64,000 nt of DNA from Klebsormidium nitens. Taxonomy: Eukaryota; Plantae; Klebsormidiophyceae. The notes under the pieces were generated by a model. That model was given only the letters and a program-made list of their open reading frames with translations, searched no databases and was not told the origin of the DNA. This document shows positions 38,713-55,449 of this stretch, in pieces. How positions within the stretch are numbered: position 1 is the stretch's first letter; every line of letters starts with the position of its first letter. The DNA lies in the NCBI GenBank assembly GCA_000708835.1, contig DF237430.1:6669-70668 (forward strand), in the 5' to 3' direction. The position numbers and the translations under genes were made by a program.

Positions 38713-41700
38713 TTACGAGTAGCTACTGCTAATCAGGAAGTAGCTATCCATCGACCGCGCAATGGGCGCCATGCCGTCCTCGTCAAATGCGAGCGCCCCC
38801 TTCCTCGCGATCGTCATCGCCTTTGTGGGTTTCCGCCCCTGCACCTTGCCCTCGCTTGTGAGCACTCCCGTGAGCGCTTGCGCCTTCTCCGCCTCGGTGG
38901 CCCAGTCGGTCCTCCACACAACGGTCCCCATGAGGAGCACCTGCATAACCTGCGCGCACACGATGCCCCACTGCAAGCCGTACACCCCGAAGTGGCCCCA
39001 GAACGCGAGCCCCAGCGCCACGGGCAAGCCGACGAGGTAGTACCCGCCGACGTTGATCTTGGCGGCGGTGGCGGGGCGAGCGCTCCCGCGCAAGATGCCT
39101 TGCATCACGGCCTGCACGAGTAGCAAGGGGCGATGAGGGACCATTCGCATGGGGGGTCCCATTGGAGGCCAGTCAAGAGCGTGTTCTTCGAAGAAAGGAT
39201 TCTTACTTCCAATCTAGGTGGGAAATTGTCCTTCAGGCAAGGGAGTTCACCTTGTCTGAAGGTGAACTCCCTTGCTTATGACTGCAAGGGAGTCATAGCC
39301 AAGGGTCGACCTTGTGCCTATGACTGCTTTGTTTCTCCAGCGTTTTGTTTACCGTTCAGAAGGCGGCTTCGATTGATCCTCTGTGCCCCTAGATTCTCCT
39401 TGCGAACCGATGTTCGTGAAGCCAAAAATCAGCTGTCATCCTCAAAGTCTGTGGTAAGCCCAGCCGGGGCTTCAGCAAAGACTCGAGTCCGAAAAGACGC
39501 CACACCCGTTAAAGTTGACACTACGAGCAGTCAGAAGCCTGACCTGCGGCGCATCGCCCAGCAGCGAGATGGCGTTGATGACGATGGCGCCCCCCACCAG
39601 CGCGAGCAGCTGCGGGTCCGCCGTGAAGCAGCGCGCGAGCGGGTGGCGCAGCAGGATGAGGAACAGCGTGATGAGCAGGCCCAGAGCAAAGCCGAGCGCC
39701 ACGCCCACCTCCGCAGCGAGGCGCGCGGCGCGGGCCTTGTTGGAGCCCAACTCCTTGCCAATGCGCACGCTGCACCCACAGCCACAGTCAGCGACGGTGA
39801 GCAGCGGAGACAGGGGGGGGCAGCTTTACAGGGCCCCGCAGGGGGCCGAAGTAAACCTTGCAAGCCCTCTCCAGCATCAACATTCTTGGTCACAGCTTGC
39901 GTCAGTTCGGCAATGGCCGACGTTCAACCAAAGCGTAGCCGATGCAACGGCAGATCCTTCACTTCAGCATCAGCTGCTCAACGAACACATCAGCAGGTCA
40001 CGTTATGTACACGGGAGACAGCTGAACCGCACCTCCTTCTCGCCCGCACAGTGAGATTGTTTCTATTGATCGTTTTCAGGCAGTGAGGGTCCTGAGACAC
40101 TGACCTGACCGCATTCCCGAGGGAGCCTGGCAGCATGAAGAGCAGCGTGGTGACGTTCTCCGTGATCGCCATGGTCGAGACCGCCAACTCGGGGTTCTAG
40201 AAAAGGACAAGAAAAGATCCGTCATGCGAGAAACAGGACTTTTCGGACAAGCACAAAAAAGGGTCAGGAGAGACGACCAGATCGGGCGGTACTGCAGCCA
40301 CTGCCCTTCTGAACAGATCAAAGCGAACTCAATCTTCACGGTTGTGTCTCATCGGCCGACCTGAATGCTCTGCATGGAAAAGGCAGGGAGCAACGGCAGG
40401 AACGGCCAGAGAGACTACTGTTTTGCGGGCCCCTCTTCTGTGGTTGATCTACTTGTCGGCCTCAAAAGGCGACAAGCGGAGCATGTCGGTAGGACTCACA
40501 TCGAGGAGGCCTGCCGCAAGCAGTAGCGCCTCATAGCACCACCACTCGAGGCAGACGCTGAAGCAGGACGGCACCGCGAGCGCCAGAAAGGGCCCCCACT
40601 CGCGGAAGCACTCGCGCGGAGCAAAGCCGCCCCAGGACTGCTTGTACACGCCCGACACCCAGATGAAGGCTAGCAGCAGCACCAGCAGGAGCAGGTCAGA
40701 GATCCACGTGGCAGCAGCGGCGCCGACGGGGCCCCAGCCAAGGACGGAGATGAACAGGATGTTGAGGGGGATGTGCACGGCCGCGGCAACCAGGGCGCAC
40801 GCAAACATGGGGACGGTGATGCCCTGCAAAGAGCAGCTAACTGTGAGGCAGGGCGGAATCGAGGAGTGATGTTCTGACTGTTTGAGTTAAGTTTGCGCCA
40901 AACAAGATAGGACTGAGAAAATGGCATTCATTCAGGACATCTTGTCAAAAGAGGGCCACAGATCATGATGCGCAAAAAGCATTCTGGATGAATGACCATT
41001 GCAGGAATGTCTAGAAAGCTTGAGCGCCAGCTCAACAGCTTTGGCTTCTCTTTGCACACCTGTGACGTGAGATAGATGCGCAGGGGCATGACGAAACAGA
41101 TGATGAACGCGTCCGGCACGAGGTGCACGATGTAGATCCCCGCCACGCGCGCGACCGCGGGGTCCTGCCCCAGCAGGATGAGAATGGGCTCCATGAAGCA
41201 CCACATGGCACAGATGGGCAGCGTGCACGCCAGCAGAATGGTAACCGCGCGCTGCAGCTGGATGCCCACTTCGTGGAACTGCGCCGCGCCCAGAGCCTGT
41301 GACATCAGCGGCTCGAGCGCATAGCACAGGCCCGTGATGACGGAGTAGCCCGTCACGTTGGCAATGGACACCGCCAGGGATCTGCAGGTCGATAGAAACA
41401 TGTCTGATGGCAGCCCGTATGAGGCCGGTTCTTCCAAAAACTCTTTTCTTAGGTACTGCTAAGAGCACAAAGTGTATGTTCAAGGTGGCCAGTTGGTCAG
41501 CTTTTAGCAGAGGCCAGGCTTTCAAATGAGCAAAGGGACAAGGTACATTCAGAAGAAGAATCATACGGGCTGTGCACTATAGGTAACCTGGCAGCACCAG
41601 TGGAGCCATGCCAAGAAAGAGAAACTTGTTGGCGTCAACAGCCAGATAATCAAATATGTCCGTGTTTTCTGAATGGAGAGGTCCACAGACCAGTCAAAGG

Positions 41701-42060
41701 GCTCGTGAAAGAGTCCAGGCTGCCATGGCCCCGTCGAGCCTGCTTGTCGCCTCACCCGCCTGCCAGCGCCAGCCGGCCCAGCTGCCCCAGGAAGATGGTG
41801 GACACAATGGTGCGCATGAGCCACACAAAGTTCATCCCCGCCACCGGCAGCGCCATGCGCCCCACCGCCCACAGCTCCGACCGGGCAAAGTCCTTCCAGT
41901 CATCCTCCTTATGACTGCTCAGCAGTGGGGCGGCAGCATTGCCTGCCTCAAAGGGCTCATACCCGTCCCAGTCCGCAGGGAGACTGTCCGATCGCTGGAG
42001 AATGGGCTGTGCCAGCATGTCCTCCCCGTCAAAAACATCGGCGTCCGTCTGACCGACCAT
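38713..42060 (-). CDS. MATE (DTX) efflux transporter 1; six coding exons, start uncertain
   Basis: SELWAVGRMALPVAG, SLAVSIANVTGYSVITGLCYALEPLMSQALGA, LAVPSCFSVCLEWWCYE, SVRIGKELGSNK, QAVMQGILRGSARP, GYYLVGLPVALGLAF, RTDWATEAEKA. An in-frame acceptor near 42115 leaves upstream exons possible. Confidence 0.92.
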
Positions 42061-43766
42061 CCTGGAGAAATATGGAAAGACGGAGGAAGAGGCGCTTGAC
42101 ACAGGGTACAAAGCCTGCAAAGGAAAGCTTTCCCCTTAAGGAATAATGCACCACTATGTCAACTGAGTTGCTGGTTGCTGCAAACCTTCCGCAGCTAACA
42201 AACTGCAAACAAGCAAGACCTGGGCCCCGAAAAACTGGACCATCCTGCCCAGCGTCCAGCAGACCAGTAGCCTGAGCGGCTTGAGTTCCGACTGAATGCT
42301 GCAAGTTGTGGTACAATGCCCACACAATAAACGTTGCCGCCACGCTACAACAGCTTCATATTCCCGGATCCCTCATTCTGCTCTGTGGCACGCAGCTGAT
42401 GATACTAAAAGAGGTGTGCCCTTTTCGCTTTATAAAAGTCCTCTCAAGCACGGAAGCCCTTTGCAAGGCACATCATACATGTTCTCCAGAGATCTGGGCT
42501 GCGGAGTTTGCAATCATGCAATGCTGCGAGATGTTACAACTTACATGCAGACAACCCTGTTTGGCCTCACCTTTTGCAAGGTTCAGCTTTGGGTTTTCTT
42601 GTAAGAGGAGTCCTTACCAACCTCTGCTGTTTGCAAGGTCTTCAGTGCAGGCACTGGTATTGTGGATTTATAAAACGATGACAAATAATCCCTTATAGCT
42701 TGTAAAAGGTTGCAAGAGCCTGAGCAGTGAGAGCATTTGCGCCCAGCCAACAAGAATCCTGTCTGGCATAAACTTCTTGTCCCCTAGAATGTTCAGATAA
42801 ATATGTGCATCGGACGGTTCAGAACCAGAGGAAGTGACATCGACGGTCACTTCCGCTGAATCCCCGGGCACTTTCAGCGGTTGCCCAAGACTGACAAAGT
42901 TGCTCAGTAAAACCAAAGTCCCGGAAGTCAAGGCCTAAACCGGAACACCTACAGCCAGTAATTTGAAGCAGAAGACTGCCGCAATGGCTGCCTTGTGCTC
43001 AGGGCTTGAGGAGGCAGGGACGGGCTGTGGGGGGAGAGTAGAAGGTCTTTCTCCACAAACTTTGCATTTCAGCAAGCTAGGATTGCTTTTTGTAGAGCAG
43101 TCTTGCCGTTGAGATTGCAAAATTTGATGTATAGTTGCCCCGGCGACTTTCAACAAAACCTCCATTGCGCCTCCGAGGCTCCTTTTAGGGTTGAAAGGCA
43201 CATTTTGGATTTGGGGGGAGAATGTGCATCAAATTTACCTTTGAAAGCAGCTGGTATTCAATTTATAGGTTGCACATAGCTTCAGGTTGCCGTTGGGTTT
43301 GAGAAATTTTGGTCATGGGTGCTGCTCCCAGCTCATTTCAGCCATGTCGGCAGCCATGGCGGCCAGTCTGAGGTGCTGGGCAAAATAACAATTTTGGACT
43401 TCACCACTTTCGGGCGCTGTCCCTCCTTTCTGCGACCTTTAGGCGGGGGATGGACTCAGCCTTCTGTTCAGCAAAGGCAATCGGCGTACCGTCCGATCTT
43501 AGAAAATAGAACGATTTCACCGTTGGATGCCCGGACTGCGCCCGGTACGCCAAAAATTACTTAACCAGGCCAGCGGACGGAGGTTCATGCCAGACAGGAG
43601 AATGTGGCGGCAGTATTGGAAGCTTCTCCTTCTCACATGAAGCCCTGAACTCGGAAGGCGATCTTGAGCAAGCGATTTGGGGATCGGGGATCACGCTGGC
43701 GACAGCACAATCGCCACCGTGCACCGATAAAACACGTGGAAGATCTTGCGGTCGGCCTTGCACACT

Positions 43767-43774
43767 TTTGGCGC
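43767..43774 (+). promoter_or_regulatory. Candidate E2F site upstream of MCM7
   Basis: TTTGGCGC matches the plant E2F consensus WTTSSCSS about 470 bp upstream of the MCM7 ATG; TTCCCGCG lies at ~43789. MCM genes are established E2F targets. Confidence 0.35.
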
Positions 43775-44244
43775 CACAACTTACAAGCTTCCCGCGAGAA
43801 AAAGTTGCCCACCATCATCTCGCTCATGCATGTGGCGAAGTCCTCCGAAGCCAGCTGGGCCCTGCAGACTGGCTGGTCAGTGGTGTGGGGCCTGGGCCAA
43901 CTTGTTGGCATCTTTCATTGTTCAGGCTTGACCTGCGTCAGAGGCTCTCAGAGCTTCGCCGGACTGGTGGGGTACTTTTTGGTGCTGAAGCTTTAGCAAT
44001 CTAAGGAGGACGCATTTTGAGTGCTTCACACACCCTTTAGTGCTCGGGAAACCTGCTGGATTGGAGTTGCGCATTTGATCGGAATCAAAACTGTCGCATT
44101 ACCCGCAGGAGCAGTTCCTGCCGATGTTAAGAGCTGTTACTTGCATCCGAAACTGAGGGCACCTTGTTGGCCGGCTACAAGAAGCAACAAAACCCGTTAA
44201 GAGGACTCACCGTAAAAAGCCCCTCGCAAACTTTCAAAAGCAAG

Positions 44245-50237
<5,993 letters not shown>

Positions 50238-51193
50238 TAGATGGCGGGTTAATCTATATGGATGCCAGAGGATCGTGTAAATCGGTTTGTGTACCAGGAG
50301 GCAAACCCTATAGGAAAGGATGGGGCTGATCTATTGCGTCAGGTCTTTGCACGAGGGAGCATTTTTATTGCATGATTGAGTATGATACGAATCAAACTGT
50401 GCAATGCCTTCTTGCAAACAGTCAGTGGGAAAGAGGTGCGCTCTATTCCGACCTGCAATGAGGCTGTGGGCCGAAATGTGTATCAATCACGTTAAATTGG
50501 ACCGATCAAAACAAAGTTGCCATACTTCTTTGTGGAGCCGTCTTGTACGTGTGGAGGAATAGTTCAAACGTCATCGAGTGTTTGTCGATTCTGAGGTCGT
50601 AAACGTACGACTCTCGCACGTGTGGCCCAACCATGTTCCAAGCAGGCCGGATCTTTCCTTTTCATGCGGTGTAAGTTGGACGAATGTATATATGCGTGTG
50701 CCCGACATGCCAGGGGTCTCCATGCTTGTCAGAGCATCAACTTAATTATGTTGGCGAATATGTGGACACGCTTAACTGTAATAATAGGGTGCTCAACATT
50801 GAGAAGCACCATGCACCCTTAGCGAAGGCTGTCGAGGGCCGTGCCAGCACTGCACCATCATATGGCGACTGGCCCGTTCAATACGGTCACAAACTACGCA
50901 GATTTCGCTTTCGAAAACTCGAGCTACTCATAATAATCAACCTGCGAAACATAAGGATGCCAGTCAGGCTCCTTGTCCTACGTCAGTTTCAAAGAAAAGG
51001 GGCCAAGGAAAGTGCATTCGGAAGGGGGTTTTGAGCTAGGGGGTACTCGACGGACTCAGATCAGGGCTAGGTCAAATCGAAAATCAGAGCATGCCTGACA
51101 GCAACTCAACAATTTGCTACTGTACAAGGATCGCAGGATCATCCATTTGGGCTGTACAGAGATATACCTACTACCAATCCCTATGCTAGAAAG

Positions 51194-53030
51194 CTAAGCG
51201 AGCTGTTCTTGAGCATCCTTACTTGAGACTCCGAGCCTGGCCTTTGCTTTGCTTGCCTCCGCTTCCCAATCTAGCCTGCTTGCCAAAAGGGAGTAAACGG
51301 AGAGGCAACTCAAAAGTGCAAGCGTCAATCCTAACCAAAGCCCCTTCGCACCAAGCTCATAATGGAACGCTAATATCACCATTGCTGGAATTCCAACAAC
51401 ATAGTAGCTGAATAAGTTACAGACTGCGCCTATCTTCTGCTTTCCAGACCCTCTAAGGACACCGGCCATTGTGAACTGCACGGTGTCAGCAGCCGCGGCA
51501 ACGCACAGAATAGGCACAAGCTGGGCTGTTAGATCTATGATGGCTTTGCTATCCGTAAAGAGCCGCCCAATGACATTTCTAGACAGAAATAGAATTAAGG
51601 ACACGGTCGCTCCCGACAGCAGAGCCATGGTTAGCGAAGCGATCGCAGCCAGGCGAGCCCGCTCCGGACAGTTGGCACCCAACTCGTTTGACACCCGTAC
51701 GGATATGGCTACACTCCAACCGGAGCCGAAGGTGAAGGCTAGCATCATCAAGTTGAGGGCGATGTTGACGGTGGACAGCTGTACTTTGGGGTTGGGTAGC
51801 AGGCCCGCCAGGAAGAGCGAGAGCTCATAGGACCACATCTCGAGGCACACCATCACCATCGACGGGATGGCCAGCGACAGGTGGAGGCCCAGGCCCGAGA
51901 ACGTCGCCCTCCAGGACCAGCTGGTCCACGTGGTCTCGCGGACCTTGGAACACAGGATGTACCCCAGAAGAAGCGCGAGATAGAACACCTGGGTAACCGA
52001 AAAGGCGTAGGAGATCCCAGCCAGCCCGTATCCCAGCTGAAACGCTAGCACATAGTTTGCGATCAGATGCACCACGACTGCGATGGCTGCGCACCCTGCC
52101 ACTGGTTGCACCAACCGCTGCGCTGCGAGGTAGCGCACCAGGGGCACCCGCCAAGCGCTGCCCAGCAGGCCGGGGAACAGGCCAACCAGGAATCGCGCAG
52201 TTGAGGCGGCAATGTCTGCTTCCTGTCCCAGCGCCAAGAGGACTCTCTCTGAGTTCCACCAGAGGACCCCTATGGGGATACACGCCACTGTGTTCAAAAG
52301 CAGGGCCCTTTGCACAATCTCCCCGAGCTTGCGATACTGCTTGGCCCCAAACGCTTGCCCCGCTAGTGTATCCACCGCCCCCGCCAACCCAGAGAGAAGC
52401 CAAAAGCCAGTGGCCCCATAAACACTAGTCCCGAGAGAAGCTGTTGCTAGCGCCTCTTCTCCGATGTGACCCGCAAAGATGCTCGTGAGCGTGGTGAGAA
52501 GAACCTGTCGCACGGTGACACGGAGTGAGTGTTTGCTTGATCAGAGTCAGATCAAAAGAGGAAGTACAAGGATCTAATACCAGGCATGATGGGACTTCTG
52601 AAAAGGAAGATCTCAAATGAAATGCGCATAGGTGAGACGTTGACCTTCGGGTGGCAATCCAGCTGTCATGGAATTGGCTTCTCCAACTCATAGCGAAAGC
52701 CTTCACTGCCCAAAGCCTCCTTTCGAGACTAGCATATCAAAAGAGCGCTTGTACAAATTATCGTGCACCTCATCTGCAAACAATCCGTAACACTAACCGC
52801 AAAATCTTAATCACAGTGCATACCTGCAGGAAGACAGTGATCAGCACCGGCAGCGCCAAAGACCATTGGCGCCCCAACTCCCCTGCTATCTGATGCCCTG
52901 TTGGGAAGCTCGTCAAGGAAGGGGGCACCTCCACTGCATGCAGTCCAACCTCAGCATCAGCTCCGCTTGCCTCAAGGTCCCTCTCGCTCCGTGGCAAAAG
53001 CGGCTCAGCAATGTCCTCCGAAGAACCCAT
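51194..53030 (-). CDS. MATE (DTX) efflux transporter 2; two exons (53030-52824, 52504-51194), 505 aa
   Basis: GELGRQWSLALPV, ATASLGTSVYGATGFWLLSGLAGAVDTLAGQAFGAKQY, LAIPSMVMVCLEMWSYE, AGLLPNPK, SVRVSNELGANCP, AGVLRGSGKQKIGAVCNL, LDWEAEA. A single GT-AG intron at 52505-52823 keeps frame. Confidence 0.95.
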
Positions 53031-53451
53031 GCCTCAATCTATGCTCTTAATACACAGCAGAGACCCAATCAGGCCAGCACAATTTCGCAAGGCACGATCA
53101 GGCTCTGCCATTCGTGAGAGACTGGGGTTGTGAGGCGCTAGGACCTCCTACCACCATCCCATCAAGCCGCCATCGCGGCTACCTTGCAGGTGTGCCACGC
53201 AATGCCAACTAACATTGAATACAGATCTAGCTACTGCTGTCGTTCGAGCGAACCCTTAGAGGTTCGTAGGCTCAGACCTCCTACAGACACGGACTGGATT
53301 ACTTTTAAAGGTGCAGCGACAGCTCTAGAGTTTATCAGTGCTGGAATGAGTTGGACTCGGAGGCATCATGGCGGAGTGCGGGGCGGCTGCCTGAGGCTGT
53401 GGCCTCAAGGAGGCTCAAGGTGCAGGGAGGCTGGGTTGGAGAGGCGGCAGG

Positions 53452-54607
53452 ATGGCTGCTAGGAGTGCCTTGAGAGGACGTCCTCTCCTTGGAATTGGGG
53501 CAGTTTATGCGGTAGGTGAGGTCGAAGACCAATAGCTCAATTGCTTGCACGGATGATCACGTAGATTACATCAGAGAAGTTGTTTTGTATCTTTTAACCC
53601 ATCACCTGCAGCAGCGTTGAGCAAGTGGACTCCTGTGCCACGTAGTGGGTGTCCCGGATTCAGATTGCAAAAGTCTCCTTCGTTTGATGGTGGTGGTGAT
53701 AAGTCAACGTGTGAACTTGCCGTTGCCCGCTCTCTAATGGGGCGACATCTGGAGTTCAATCAGCAAAGAGTCAAGAAGAATCTCGTCAATTGACTTTTTG
53801 AACCTGATTTCGTCTTCGTAGGGATAAATGCCGGTGCAGCCGCCACATTCTGGTACGATAAAGAATGTGCCAAGCGGAAACAATGGAGAGTCAGTGAGAA
53901 TGCACTGTGTCTGACGGCAGCTCTTGGTGGCTGGATTGGTGGTATGTAAGTATCACTGAAGGCGTTCTCTGAAAGCAGCATACACTGTCTATTTCTTATG
54001 GTCCCATGGTCGAATGATAATCAGACTAATGATCTCTAATGATCCTCAATACTGCTTGCTCGAACGCAATGACATCAGCAACTTTGCCCAAATGTTGAGC
54101 ACTGTCTCTTGGAATAAGGGCCCAGCTGACCTTGCTTCTTCTAGTGCCATGGACTGGCTTGCGGTGATCTGGCCTCTTTATCTATTACAGTACTCTGACT
54201 TCTCAGTGATTGGTGGCAGTCTTGATGTTGCTTGTTTGAGACACTGCATTGTTGAGCATTGCAGGTGGGCTATGCAACAGTTTCGTCACAAAACGCAAAA
54301 GAAAAGTTTCCAGGAGGTGAGCTGCTCATGTATTGGGACTAATGTTTAAGGCTTTTCAATCCTGTACTTTCCTGGCTCTGAGGAGCTTTCCTGGCATGCA
54401 TATGTGAATTCAATGGGGATGCCAGTTCATGTTCTAGACTGAGACTCAACAGGGACTCAACACAGCGAGTACCACAATTTAGCTTCTAAGCTGCTGATTG
54501 TTTTGCAGAAATATTACGCATCAGTAGCAGGCAATGTAGCTGCCCTGACGCTGGGATCTAGAACTGTCTATGGGAAACGACTCTTGGCTACTCTCCTAAA
54601 GCGGTAG
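53452..54607 (+). CDS. DUF1294 / YsdA-like small membrane protein, 112 aa; four exons (53452-53515, 53822-53945, 54265-54316, 54509-54607)
   Basis: Manual splice with GT-AG sites and consistent phases gives MAARSALRGRPLLGIGAVYAVGINAGAAATFWYDKECAKRKQWRVSENALCLTAALGGWIGGMWAMQQFRHKTQKKSFQEKYYASVAGNVAAL... It carries the DUF1294 hallmarks YDK..A....WRV.E..L and LGG..G...AM..FRHKT.K..F. Not recoverable from the ORF track. Confidence 0.85.
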
Positions 54608-55449
54608 CAGTCAGGTTTGGATTTGTGGCAAGGCGCCCAAAAGTTTGAGTTCATCAAGGCTTGTGTATACGGAGACAAGTTAGTCAACTTGATAGTCCTT
54701 TCTGGTCACCCATTTCCCTGGACCAATGACCATCAGCCCGAATTTTCGACGTCAGTGTTGGTTAAGCAGACCGTCTTGCCTCAATAGTCCAGCTCTAGGT
54801 CAAAGCAGTTCCTGACATCAGCTACATACAGCGCGCGATTCGGCGGACGGCATGTATAGTTTTCCAGAGATAACTTCGAACTAGTCACCGTGCAAGTCAT
54901 CCCCTCACTATCGTGACAGTTTCATCGGGTCTGCTCCCATGTGATACTAAATACACGGTCGACGTCTGTCATGCATTGAGAAGCATGGCCGGATGGTCGC
55001 TTGCTCAGATTTTAACGCCCGTGCACTAAATGGACAAGATCGATATGTTGGACACTGCATGTGCGCGGTATGGATATGCCGGATCATGTGACTCTGAGCA
55101 GATTGCTAGCTACCTCTTCGCATGGTGGTATCTTATGTTCACATTGCATCCCTGGGTCGATGTCCTGACCCGCAACAAATAAGTTTGGGCCACGGGGGCC
55201 GGCATCCCATGCCTTATGTACTCCTGAATGATGGCATAGAAACTGCTGGCAACAAGACACCGATGCCTAGGCCACCCTGCATACGTGGGACTGTCTCTTA
55301 TAGAAACCATGCCAAGAATGCAATCTTGGTCGAGGCTGTGCTCCCGCTCCCCAAAACATATGGAAGATGATGACCTCGTTACCTCAATCAAACACGGGCA
55401 GTGTGAGTATCTCTCCGTACAGTCATGTTTGGGCGGTGTAGCGATTCAA

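Noticed and set aside
39133-40086. 317-aa plus-strand ORF
   Set aside because: Antisense to GC-rich MATE1 exons; no domain features.
43570-43615. GGSCQTGECGG peptide resembling thaumatin
   Set aside because: Only about 10 residues match; flanks lack the thaumatin Cys pattern and codon bias.
43520-43655. snRNA-like features on the minus strand (AATTTTTGG Sm-site match, AGGGCTTC reminiscent of U11)
   Set aside because: Lacks the U11 5' A-run, a convincing 3' stem and correctly spaced promoter elements. An Rfam search would be needed.
50580-51050. 116-aa ORF and small hairpin between MCM7 and MATE2
   Set aside because: No motif, splice or codon support; probably decayed intergenic DNA.
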